This document shows, piece by piece, positions 1 through 12,960 of a stretch of DNA of 64,000 nt. The notes below the pieces were generated by a model that worked only from the letters and a program-made list of their open reading frames with translations, did not search any database and was not told the DNA's origin. The translations under genes and the position numbers were made by a program. Origin of the DNA: Daphnia carinata (Eukaryota); the NCBI RefSeq assembly GCF_022539665.2, contig NC_081333.1, positions 2,728,001 to 2,792,000 of the forward strand, written 5' to 3'. Every line of letters begins with the position of its first letter. The first letter of the stretch is position 1.

Positions 1-462
1 GGAATTTTCTCGCATCTTTTTTTTTTTTTTTTTTTTTTTTCGTTTTGGCCTCGTCGCCGAAAGGCGACCCTCATACGATAAGAAAGTTTTATTTTTCTTC
101 TTCTTTTTTTTTTTTTCTTCATTTGATAGATAGGAAAGAGGGGGGAAAAAAAACGACAATAGAGACCCGTGTTATCAAACGACGTTGTTTTTTGTTTTTT
201 TCTTTCCTGTTTCTGCGAAATGATTCCGAACTTAAAATTCCATTCCCGAATTTCTAGAGTTAAAAAACCACAATTCCCCCTTGTTTTTTTAAAATGAATT
301 GTCTTCAGATGAGAGGGGGGGGGATCATTCACACCGCGGACCGATTTAAAAGTCTATCCCGAAGGGCGTTCAGATCAAGTCTCTGTTTGGATGGGGCAAG
401 TCAAAAGAGCCAAGAAAGAAAATAAAAAAAAAAAAAAAAAAAACCTGTTTAATGCTCTAAAT

Positions 463-488
463 AACACACACACACACACACACACACA
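463..488. repeat. (CA)n microsatellite; further dinucleotide runs at ~4781-4803 (GA), ~5778-5803 (TG), ~11231-11249 (TG), ~15365-15385 (TG)
   Basis: Read directly from the sequence. Confidence 0.9.
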
Positions 489-908
489 AAAGAAGGGGAG
501 GGGGATTTTGGAAAACAATTTCGTTCAGAAAAATTCTACATTATCGAACGTCCTGCAGGTTTGCAAACTGATGAAGTTCAGGGGAAATTCTAATGGAATG
601 TTTGGCAGAATGTCCAAAAAAAACACACATACATATTTTTTTTAAATTTAAAAGGATGCTGGTAGTTAGTTATAGATTGGAAACGAAAGAACCCCTTTGG
701 CGTCCAATGATATATATTACATGCCCCTCTTTTTTTTGTTTTTTTTTTTTTTTATAACCCGTTCCAGTAGTCACGAAGTCATTCCAAAAGTCGCAGCTAT
801 TTGCATTTGCATAACATGTCCAAGTATCCGTGACCGGTGCCCCTCTATTTATTTTATTTTTTTTCTTGGAACATTTTGATGAGTTTCTTTTTCATGTGCA
901 TGTCATAG

Positions 909-1470
909 GAGCCTACGGAACGGTGTACAAGGCGCGCGATACGGCCAATGAGGGTCAAATGGTGGCGCTCAAGAAGGTGCGGGTGCCGCTGACGGAAGAG
1001 GGCGTGCCCATGTCCACGCTCCGAGAGATTTCCCTACTGAAGCAGATGGAGAAATACGAACACCCCAACATCGTCCGGTAAGTTCCTTCATCTTCATCTT
1101 CTTCTTTTTCTTTAAAAATCGGTTACGCAATTTATGTTGCGCTATGATTCAGCCGACGCGCATTTTGACGGCTCAATTTTTTTTTTTAGGGGGGGGGGGG
1201 AGGGCGGATAGTTTAAAAAGCGACAATCGGTAAAAAAAAAAAAAAAGTTCACAATAGAAATTCTAGAAATGCTTCGGTGCGGATCGAAAGGTGGTGGGTC
1301 TGATCCCCCAGCAAGTCAGCGGGATAAAGAAAAAAAAAAAAAAAATTCGTAGTGTTCCAAATTCCTGATGCAAACTCAATTGTTTGTTTTGTTCCAGTCC
1401 TCGTCACGCTGAAAACAATAAGGAACGCCATTTCCAAATTTTTTTTTTTTTTTTTTATTATTGCGGGAGT

Positions 1471-1501
<31 letters not shown>

Positions 1502-2138
1502 TGATTACGTCGGGCTTTGCTCTGCTGAGTTTCAATAGCAATCGGGGTGGTTTTAAACATTTTCAAAGATGCTCTCCCGGCTAAGGTAACACTCGAAACA
1601 ATCTGTTTTTTTTTTTTTTTTTTTTTTATTCTTAAACGAAACAAATAAAACAATATGCGCTGGACCTGAACTTACGACTTTGGTCGGTTCATTTTGAAAA
1701 AAAAAAAAAAAAAAAAAGAATGTTGTCTTCTGTTAGTTTGATGATTACCTTTGCGATGGAGCAAGATGATTACGGTGCCATCGGTTTAAACGGGAAAACA
1801 AACTTTTATTATTATTTATTTATTATTATTTTATTTTATTTTTTTTTTTTTGGGTAGAAACTAAACAATTGCCAAAGGAATTTCGTTCTCTTTTTTTTTT
1901 TTCGAGACAAAAAAGGGGATGAGGACAATGAATGACATTCTCTGTGTATGTGACGTCACGTCTCTTTTTTTATGTCAGAGACCTCTCTGCGAGTTGCAGA
2001 CAGGCGAGACAGTTTTCGCCATTTTCCTTGGCCAATAAGGCGACATCTTATCCAATCCTTTCTCCTTTTTGTCCATTAAGGAAAGACAAACGACAAAGTC
2101 TTTTGCGACGACTGATGGCGGCTCTTTCCTTTTTGTTG

Positions 2139-2172
<34 letters not shown>

Positions 2173-5100
2173 TTCAAGCCAAATGTAGCAGCTACGGGGC
2201 TGTTTCGGCAACCACACGACCGTTCAAACTGAAAATTGTGAACGATACACGCACACACACACACGAACGAGAAAAAAAAAAAAAAGGCAACAAACGGGAA
2301 AATCAAGTCATTAACCATTTGATTGATTGGAATTCTTTTTTTAAAGAGAACACCAATAGATCTTTGAAATTGTCCTCGGTGTGTTGTGCGCGTTTCGAAC
2401 CGTGGGAAAAACGAGCGACTCTTTTTTTTTTTTTTTTTTTACATCTGTTTAAAAAAAAAAAAAAAATATTTTATTTTTTTTTATTTTTTTTGTGCTTTGT
2501 ATGGCAAGGGGGGGGGGGGGGGAGCGGGTTAAAGGGAGGTGGAGCTTTTTTTTTGCATTTTGAATTATTTTTATGTTAGAAAACCTTTATTATTATTACC
2601 GGTGGGGCAAGATGATTATTATCGTGTCGTATAGAGAAGGTGCCCTGTGGTTTGAGGCTCATTGGCACGTCGACTTAATCATCGTGTGTTGTACAACCGA
2701 GTCGAGACGAGATGATGACCGCCCTCCTGCCAAGTCTCAGCTTCTTCTTCTTCGCCCGTTCTCACTCCTTTTTTTTTTTTTTTTTTTATTATTACAGACT
2801 TGTAAAGGAAAAAAAAAAAAACTCTTTGGGGTAGGTGGAGGGGCAGGAATGTGGCGTCTTTCTGTAGTACGAATTGTTTGACGGCGTTCCTCAACTTCCT
2901 CTTCATGTCGTCTGCACATTTTTCTTATTTTCAATTGAGTTTTTTTCCTTTCTTTGTTGGCTTACGAAAAAAAAATTAAAGATTTACATTTGTGGGACTC
3001 ATTTTCATTACCGGTAGTGTGTGGGCGACTGCCTCCCCCGCTGGAACTTTTTTTTTTTTTACGAGGTCTTTTTTTTTTGAATCGTTTGCCCCTGTGTGGT
3101 TTCATTCATATTTCGTATGTCTGGGGCAAAAGACCGTACTGCTGTTTCTTTAAGAGGTCAGCAGGGTGTTCAAACTTGTTTTTAAAAGGGAGGATAGAAA
3201 GAAAGGGAAATGTTTTAAATCAACATTATTCCATTTTTTTTTTTTTTTTCGAAACTCAATTCTTGTTTAGTTTACGATCTGTGTGTTGTTGCATTCGTGC
3301 CGAGTATTTTTCCTGTTTTTTTTTTCTTTTTCCTTCGCCTATTTGAAATGGTTGACACAATCCGATACCGTTAATCAACAACAAGTCACAGAAAGAAGTG
3401 AAGGAGATGGGCCACATCACGTGACTTAATAGGGTTCTAGGGGGGGGTGGGTGGTGGCAGATGAGAGGGTAAGAAGATGCCATCTGTCACATAAAGAAAC
3501 ATTCATCATTCGTAATGCTTTAGAGGAGCTAAACAAAAAAATTCCAATATTTTTCACGTTCTTTTCATCCTCCATTTTCTAAATTCAAATCGACCATCAT
3601 CGTTTGTGTGGTCTCGTCAAAGAAGATACTAATTCCTTCCGGATGAACATTTTTTTCTTTTTTTTTTTTTTTTTGTTGGTGATCTCCTCCTGTGTGGAGT
3701 TAACGAGTTTATTCTTCGTGATCTTTGGCTTTTGGAAACTACTAGCGACTTGTTAACGATCAGTTCTAATGAACTAATCATCCACTTGTGGCATTTCTTA
3801 TTTCCCTTTTGTAAAAGCTTTCCTGATCTATCCTGAATGAACCAATCTGCCTTTAAAAAAATTGCCGTCATTATTTGCTATGTGAGGAAGTCCCTTTTTT
3901 CTTTCCATTTTTTTTTTTTTTCAATTCTTAGATGTCGGAAATGAATTTAAAAAAAAAAAACAGGCAATTCTTTATTATTATTGGAATGCGCCACTTCACC
4001 CCGAAAGAAAGAAAAAAAAAACGAACGGTCATCACGGATCGATAGTTTGGCTTTATCGTTGTCATAAAATGTCTTTAATTTTTTCCCTTTTAAAAAAAAA
4101 AATTCAAAGAGGGGTCGTGGGAAAATGAATTTCAAGTCAAACATTTATAAAAAAAAAACAAAAAAAAAACACGCAATCAAACAAGGAAATCAACACGCGC
4201 TTTTTAAACGACTCGCGCTCGTTCCTCGGGGATAATGTTGTCACATTTCTCGACCGGTGTTAGTTTTAGCACCTCCTTTGCATTTTTTTTTTCTTTCTAT
4301 TTTATTTGAAACAATTCAAACGAGGATTGGGAAAAAAAAGGGTAGAATTTTTTTTATTTTTTATTTGATTTGATTGCATCCGGCCGAAAGCAATTTTCAA
4401 AGGGTCTAGAGAAAAAAAAAAAAGTTTCGAAAGTCGCCACCGGTTGTTTACATTCTTTGAAAATGATTCCCCCCTCTCTTTGAAAACTAGTACATATACA
4501 TTTACGCAGAGAGCCGCTCTTTTTTTTTTTTACTCCTTCATCATCTTATTTATATTTTCATAGTTGTACCTTTTCCGGCACACACGTAAAGGAAAAGATG
4601 AAAGCCCGCGCGCCTGCTCTTAATCATATCCCTCGCAGTTAGAGAACCTCCTACTCTTTTTTTTTTTTTTTTTTTTACCTTTTGTGCCCCTCTCCATGTT
4701 CTTTCTTCTTTTCGGGGTTGGTTTGATTGGTTTGTTATTGTGTTTGAATGCGTTAGAAAACACATTCCAATAGATAATTTGAGAGAGAGAGAGAGAGAGA
4801 GAGCCACGGTGGGGAGAGATTCTCAAATAATTTGGAAGAACAACTGACCTGCTAGTTTTTCTTTTTAAAGATGATACAAAATGCAATCAATACAGCAAGT
4901 CAACTTGAAATTCTTTGATTTTTTTTTTTTTTTTTTTTGTCCCTTGCGCCGGAGGTCGGCAAAACAGCAGGTGGGGGGGTAGGTTAAACGGTGGAAACCC
5001 TCCCCCCCCCCACAAAAAAATGTCTCTTCTTTCCTACGTGTTTTTTTTTTTTTTTTTTTTTTTAAATACAAAAGCCGCTCGTGTGTGTGTATGTACCGCC

Positions 5101-5679
5101 TTGTAGCTATAAAGAGCATTCCATCTTGTGATAGACAAGTCAATGGCAGGAGGTTTTTATTTATGTATTTATTTTTTTTATATACGCGTGTCTATGTGTT
5201 GGAGCGCAGCGCGTGTCACGCGCAGCGGGTAGTGCGGGAGCTGCCGGGTGATCAACCCCCTCAATCCAAAAAAAAAAAAAAAAACTTGCTCCTTACAGAG
5301 AGGGGAGAAAAACAAGTTCCCCCCCCCCCCCACAGATTTTTCTAACTTGCCTTCACTCGATCATCATTTGAAAAAAAAAAAAATAAAAAATAGTTGTGGG
5401 AAATTGTAGAACAAGATCATAAGTTGGAATGCGCTCTCGTATTTATTTCCGATGATACGGGGGGGGGGAATTGAATTCCAAATGATTTATTGCCAAATTG
5501 ACGCTTGTGGCGTTACGTCATTACGACATAATTGTCGCTTGCTGCTGCTCGATCGTCTTGCATTCTTTGCATTTTTCCATGTTTTATTCGCCTCCCTTTT
5601 TCTTTTTCTTTTTGATGGGCGCGGTTCTTTTCTCTCCTGAATTGGATTCTTCTACCGATGGCATTCCATCTTCTTACTT

Positions 5680-5715
<36 letters not shown>

Positions 5716-8700
5716 CGGCTTCATTGAAAAACAAAACAAAAAAAAAACGGGAGCTCTAGAAGCACAAAGTGTCTCTTTGTGTGTGTGTGTGTGTGTGTGT
5801 GTGTATCTCTCTCTCCCAAAAGGAAAAATCGATGCCCTAATGCTTCAGGTTTTTTTTTTTCCCCTTCTTCTCTTGTTTTAACGACGACGAAGCTATTCTC
5901 TCTCTCTTTCTCGTTTATGTATTATGTATACATTGTACGTAGAAGTTTTTATACGGGACGGGAGAGAGAAGTTTGGCGCAAAAGCGTCCGCGTGATTAAT
6001 GGCCCCCACTCTGGGGACAACTCGTTCTTCCATTTGGAAAGTGAGTGAGGGGGGGGGGGGGACAACAAAAGAAAATACAGCAAGGGATACAAAGATGGAT
6101 GGCTGATCTTAATGGATTGGCTTTCCCCTACCATCCTGCAAAATAATAATAATAATAAATTTAAAAAAATAAAATAGAAACTCTTTTATTTTATTTTCTG
6201 TTTCACTGCTGACGACTGGCCACTCCGAACGACATTCAATGTCGCCACGTTGGATGACGTACTCGCAGAAGACGTTGATCTTGATTGTAACGCTCGAGCT
6301 CATTGGAAATGCGCGTCGCGTTTAAAATCCCCTTCTTCTTGTTTTTCTTTTTTAAAGGGCAACTTCTTTTTTTTTTTTTTTTTTTTTTGTTGTTGTTGTT
6401 GTTGGTATTTTTCCTATTGTTTTTCGTTTAAAAAAAAAAAAAAAACGAAAAATTTAATTTTGATAAAAAGCATTTTGCGAGGGGAAAAATGGCCACGTTC
6501 CAAAATGTTAATATGAAGTTGTTTGTACAAGTAGTTGAAATTCTTTTGTACTTACCAGTCGATGGAATTTCTTTTTTTCTTGTTCAAGGAGGGGGGGGGG
6601 GGGGAGGCACAGGAAGTTGTTAAAAAAAAATGGCCATTCCAGCGGCGGTTCTTCTTTAAAAAAAAAATTGTTTCAAATTTCCAATGAGCGAGGAGTATTT
6701 AAAAGTGGGTCATTTTGGCCGATGAACTGGTTGCTATGTTTTGTGTATGACTGTGGAATGCCGGATACATGTGGCAAAGGGATTCCTAGAAGGCTCGGCA
6801 TAGTTTTTTTGTTTGTTTGTTTTGTTTGTTTTTTTCCTTTTTCAAATCTCTTTTAAAATTTTGTTTTCCCAAGACATCGATAGAAGACGAATAGCCAAAA
6901 TAATCATCAAAAGTAAAAGCGATTTATCTGATGAGGTCAAAACAAAAAAAACAACAAATCTTTAAGTGCTAGACGTTGTTTCTTCTTCTTTTTTTTTTAC
7001 AAGTGGCAGTGAAAGGAAGGTGGGGACCGATGGTACTTTCTATTTGAACATATTTTTCTTTTGAATGGGAAACACACACACAAAGAATAAACACATCGGA
7101 TGACCTTTTCAGCGCGAGCCGAAGAGTTGGTTTGGAGGTCGAGCAAGAGGAGAACCGCGGGAGAACACACACACAGGAAATGCCCCTCCTTTTTCGGTAC
7201 ACTATCCTTTTTCTGGGCAGGGGGGGGGGGGGAAGGGAGGCCTTCGAGTTCTTTTTTTTTTTCTTTTTTTCCCTCTATAATAACATCAACCCCCGCTAGA
7301 ATTCTTTGACCCCCTTTCTTCGGCATGACTGAGCTCTCTTTTCGTCAAAGAACCTTTTTTTTTTTTTTTAAGGGGGGGGGTCCTTTTAGTGTTTGTAATG
7401 TTCCATTTTTTTTTTTTTTTGAGGGGGGTGGTTTATATTCCGTAGTAAGAAACGGACCCATCATTCACACACACAAAAAAAAACCCCGAAAAGGTTTCAA
7501 CTATTAATTTTTTTTTTTTTTTTAGTGTAGTTTGCCCTTTTTTTTTTTTTTTATTTTATCCTCGTACTTTTAAAAAAGGTAGCGGCTTCTTTTGTTTCAA
7601 ATAGAACGAAAAAATGGCGGCCCTTTATTTTATTTTTTTTTTTTTTTTTAACACACTCGAATTTGTTTGACATTCTTTCGGAGAGAAAAAAAAAGGGGGG
7701 GGGGGGTCCGTTCTGTTCTGTGTGTGTTCTCATATTGGTCAAGAAAAGCAAAAAAAAAAAAAAAAAATGACTTGACCAGTTCAAAGAAAAAATTAACTTG
7801 TTTGCATTTTGATTTTTTAAATGATGCAGTCCGAAAAATCGAGTGTGAAGTGAACTCGTGTTTCGCATCATTTAATAAAGAAAGGGCCTTTTTTTTTTTT
7901 CTTTTAAACTACGCGGGAAAAAAAAAATGCCATGAATGGTGGAAACGATAGGCAAGTTCGGTTGTGATGGATGTTCCAGTTCTATTGGCCAAGAACACGT
8001 AGAGACCATTCGAAGAAAATGGTGAACATGATTGTCGGCATCGAATATCTTTGTACATCTCTTCTTACTCGGCTCTTCTTTTTTTTTTTTTCGCCTACTC
8101 TTCAATGACAAAAGGTGAAATCTGATGATGGCTCACATTTAATTGAGTCCTTGATGGACGTCGATCCTCCTCCCCCAACTCTTAAATGGCGCCATCTGCC
8201 GTTTTCTATTGTCCGATTTTTTTTTTTTTTTTTTCGATGGATGGAATTTACCTTTTTAAAAAATGTTTTCGTTGTTGACATGTCATCACCGTCCCCCTCT
8301 CCTCCCGTAAAAGAAGAGAATGAGAAAAAAAAAACAAAAAAAACAAAACAAACTCGATAACCATTTTTGACGTGTTTTTGTGTGTGTGTTTGCGTGTCTT
8401 CAGGTTGTTGGATATTTGCCACGGCCCGCGGCTGGAGCACGAACAGCAGTTGATCCTCTACATGGTCTTCGAGCACGTGGATCAGGATCTTGCCTCATAT
8501 CTGGAACGTTGCCCATCACCTGGTCTCGGAGCTGATCGCATCAAGGTTCGTTTCATCGAATCATTTTCATTTTTTTTTTAAATTTAATTTAAATGTTTTA
8601 TTCACGCGATGCTCATTGATTTTAAACGTGCTAAATAATAATTTAAAACAAAAAAAAAAAAAATTGCGCAGTACTTGATGTACCAGATTCTGAGCGGAGT

Positions 8701-9595
8701 GGATTTCCTTCACGCCAACCGGATCGTCCACAGAGACCTCAAGCCGCAGAACGTGCTGGTCACGGCGGCCGGTCAAGTCAAGTTGGCCGATTTCGGCTTA
8801 GCCCGCATCTACGACGTCCACATGGTCCTCACTTCAGTGGTACGTTTTCTTTTGTTTGTTTTTTTTTGTTTTTTTCGATGAGTTTTTTTTTGGGCAGACT
8901 GGAAGGTCATTATGCAAATTGCCGTAGGTGGTGACGTTATGGTACCGTTCGCCCGAAGTCTTGCTGACGACCAGCTACGCCACTCCAGTCGACATTTGGT
9001 CGTGCGGATGCATCTTTGCCGAACTCTTCCGCCGGAAGCCGCTCTTCTGCGGACAGTCTGAAGCCGACCAGCTCTCCAAAATCTTCGAGTACGAATTAAA
9101 AAAAAAAAAAAAAAAAAAAATGTGCCAAGTGTGGAGGTCTTTGACTGATGGCCATTTTTTTTTTTTTCTTCTTGTTTTTTTTTTTTTTTTTTTTTTTTAA
9201 ATTTGAAATCAATCAGCGTGATTGGCACGCCGTCGATTGACGAATGGCCCGACACGTCGCTACCGTGGAACACGTTCGCCAATCGGCCGGCCACGTCCAT
9301 TTACAACGCCGTCTCTTCCTCTGAATTGTGCCCGGCCGGCACGGAGCTGCTCGAACTGATGCTGGCCTTCGATCCGGCCAGGAGGGTGACAGCGGCCGAC
9401 GCCCTTCAGCATCGCTATTTTCGTGACGACGGCTACACGCCCATCACTTTCTCGCCGTCTACTTCGTCTCTGTCGAGCAGCAGTCCAGTGGCCGACTCGG
9501 CCCGCTCCGACACGCCCATCCACATGTCCTGCAGTAGCAACGATGATTCTGGTCATTCGTCGGCCGACGGCCAGTTACCCGAACCCGACAACTGA
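909..9595 (+). CDS. Cdk4: Cyclin-dependent kinase 4/6, 5'-partial; exons 909-1077, 8404-8545, 8672-8839, 8928-9088, 9217-9595
   Basis: Spliced GT-AG exons join in frame: [24 protein letters not shown] (cyclin-D helix), [52 protein letters not shown]. The first coding exon was not found in the window. Confidence 0.93.
2845..3535 (+). repeat. Copy 1 of a ~700 bp duplicated non-coding segment (inside the large Cdk4 intron)
   Basis: Near-identical to 12245-12960, e.g. the shared run ttcttgtttagtttacgatctgtgtgttgttgcattcgtgccgagtatttttcctg...gatgccatctgtcacataaagaaacattcatcattcgtaat. Confidence 0.9.
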
Positions 9596-10286
9596 CTGGG
9601 CCCTTTTTTTTTTCTCCAAGGGGGGACGGGTGGGAGGAGGAGGAGGAGGAGGTGAATTCATTTTTTTTTTTTTCAATCCGAAATAAGAAGCAACAACAAC
9701 AATGCAAATCTATTTTTTATTTTTTTTTTTTTATCCCCAAAACATAAAAAATCCCAGCAAAATATCAAACAAGTCTGACCGCTGGGCGTTTCTTTTTTGT
9801 TTTGTTTTTTGTTTTTTTTTTTGACGTTCGGGTCGGGACTCGACGAAAAATCGTGTTCTCAAAACATTTTAAAACAGAGGGAACGACTGTGATAGTTAAC
9901 CGAAACGCTCTAGAAAAAAAAAACAAAAAAAACAAAAGAGGAACGACAAGTGTCAGCTTCCCGTTCTTTATCCAAAACACGTCAGAACGATTCACGCGTT
10001 TTTTTTTTAATTCGGGATTTCATTACCGTTCTACCCAATTATGGGACCAATACCCTTCATCTTTTTCCATCAACTTCATTTTTTTTTTTTTAAACTCACG
10101 CTCCCGTTAAACCGAATTAAATTATTGTGGTGGCCAGCCATTGAACTGGAATTGCCTTGCAGAAAAGACGTCCTCCCGCCGCCCGCCCGCCCACCCACTA
10201 CCCCACAACAACGTACTTGTACCTTAAGAGTGTTGGCCAAAATGGATTTTGTTTTTTTTGTGCGCGCGTATAAGATTTGAATTGCC

Positions 10287-10317
<31 letters not shown>

Positions 10318-12244
10318 CCTTCAGCATATGAATATCGTCTAGTTTTTTTCTTTGGTCCGCTTCGTGAATTATTTCTTTCTTTTTTTTTTTTTTTTTTTTT
10401 TTTTTTGGGACCAGAAGAAAACAAAACAAAAAATGCAATCGGTCCTCTTGCCACATCCGCAGATAAAAATGCGCTTGTCCTCTTTACACCCACATACACA
10501 CACACACAAAACAGCAAACCTCGTAATCTTACATATCAGAAACCGCCGTTTATTTCATTTTTACGCAATAGTCTTTCAAACTCGATTCTCAAACCGAACT
10601 TTTTTGTTTTTGAAAGTAATCGCCCCCCACCAAAAACTGGCGATCCGCCATAATCAAGGGAAATCCGAACCTTCCTATACCACTACCCTCAGCGCAAAAA
10701 TTGTCACTCACATAAACCCATCCCCTCCCATCGTCCAGTCAAATCTATTTTTCATTTTTTTTTTTTTTTCTTTATTATTATTTAAGTAATAATAATAAAA
10801 AGAATAGATTCCAGTCCGAGCTGCAAACTTATGAAATCCACACCACCTAAGTCATTCCCCCCCAACATCGAAATTATTATTTTTATTTTATTTTATTTTT
10901 TTTTTTTTTTTTTTTTTGGAATTCTGTCAAACCTTTTGAATTGCCCTCTCTGTTCATTTTCGAACGAAGAATAGCCAATAGCCTTTGTTGGACCAATAAC
11001 GATAATTCCAAGGAATTTGAAATATTTTTTTTTTAAATTCTTTTAATGTCGACCCTGTTTCGTGTTTGTCTCGTTGTAAACATCGTTGCAAAAAAAAAAA
11101 AAAAAAATCATTTAAAACACAATCGTGTGCCGTGTACTTGCCCTGATTCAAAAGAGCTAAAAAAAAAAAAAGCAATGAATGTACTTACCAAATTTTTTTT
11201 GTGAATGGACGATATCCTACGATATCGTAGTGTGTGTGTGTGTGTGTGTAAGACCTCATTTATTTTTAACATCTGCAATGGGATGTGTAAAAAAAAAAAA
11301 AAAAATGAGTGAACGCAATTCGAATTTTTATTTTGTAATTTATCTTTCAGTTTTGTCATTGGTTTTTGTGTTGATTTGGGTTTTTTCTCGAAGATTGTCA
11401 ACATTGTCAACAATGTTTGGTGAAATGCATCAAGAAAAGACTGGGGGATGAGCGCCGTACGCTACAACAGTGGACCCGATGGAACGATCGGGCTGTTGGT
11501 ATCATTTTTATTTGATTACACATTTGATCTTGAATGTATTTTTTTTTTTATGATTATTATTATTTCTCTTACAAAAAAAAAATTAATTAATTATGCAAGT
11601 ATATAGTATATATTTGTGTAATCCATGATAAAATACACTTTGTTGTGATGAGGACAGTCTCGTGTTCCGTGATCGATGATGGGAAAATCTCTTTTCGGTG
11701 ATGAAAAAAACAAAATATGTTCTAGTTATTTGCCAACTCACGAACGTTCGTTCTCTTAGTGGGAATGAAAAAAAAAATATATATATATAAAATAACAAGA
11801 ACTCTGAGGAAAGAGATTTTTTTTTTTTTTTTTTGAAATCCCGCACGGGCATCACGTTGCGTTTCGTGCGTCTTTTGCCATTGCCGCCGCCCCGCCGTCT
11901 TGTTCATTGAGATAATCCCGGCAGGTCATCTAGAGAAAACGGGATTTCCTTTCTTTTGTTCTCTTCATCATTTTTCATTGGCTTTTTTGTGTGTGTGTAT
12001 GTGTATGTGTATGTGCGTGTGTCTCTGTGTTAGGGAAATTAGGTGGAGAAGGGGAACATTTTTTTTTTCTTTTCACGCAATAATGGGAAATGATGTCATT
12101 CCTTATGAATTTTTATTTTTATTTATTTTTTGATATTTGAGTAGAAATCGCGTGATTTCGCGACCTTCGTTGATTTATAAGGACGTTGTTATTTTGATTC
12201 AAAAGAAATGTTTGGGAGGGGGTTTTTTGGTGTAGGGACGCCGG

Positions 12245-12960
12245 TTGGAATGTGGCGTCTCCTTAGACTCCCGAATGTTTTGGCCGTGAGGGCGGCGTTC
12301 CTCCACTTCCTCCAATGTCGTCTGCTCTTTGAAAACTCGCGCATTTATGTTCAGTTCGAGTTTAGGTTTTTTTTTTTTTTTTTTTGCTTGTTGCGTCTTG
12401 GAGAAAGGAAAAAATTTGCATTTTTAGATTGCCTCATTTTCATTGCCGGTAGTGTGTGGGTGATGAGGTCTGCCTCCCCCGCTGGAACTTTTTTTTTCTT
12501 TTTACGAGGTCCTTTCGAATAGTTTGCCCCTGTGTGGTTCATTCAGATTTCGTAAGTCTGAGGCAAAAGATCGTACTGCTGTTCTTTAAGAGATCAGCAG
12601 GGTGTTCAAACTTGTTTTTAAAAGCGAGGAAAGAAAAAAAAAAAGGGAAATGTTTTAAATCAACATTATTCCATTTTTATTTTTTTTGGAAACTCAATTC
12701 TTGTTTAGTTTACGATCTGTGTGTTGTTGCATTCGTGCCGAGTATTTTTCCTGTTTTTTTTTTCCTTCGCCTATTTGAAATGGTTGACACAATCCGATAC
12801 CGTTAATCAACAACAAGTCACAGAAAGAAGTGAAGGAGATGGGCCACATCACGTGACTTAATAGGGTTCTAGGGGGGTTGGCAGATGAGAGGGTAAGTAG
12901 ATGCCATCTGTCACATAAAGAAACATTCATCATTCGTAATACTTTAGAGGAGCTAACAAG
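12245..12960 (+). repeat. Copy 2 of the duplicated segment (between Cdk4 and the homeobox gene)
   Basis: Direct repeat of 2845-3535; differences are mostly homopolymer lengths and small indels. Confidence 0.9.
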
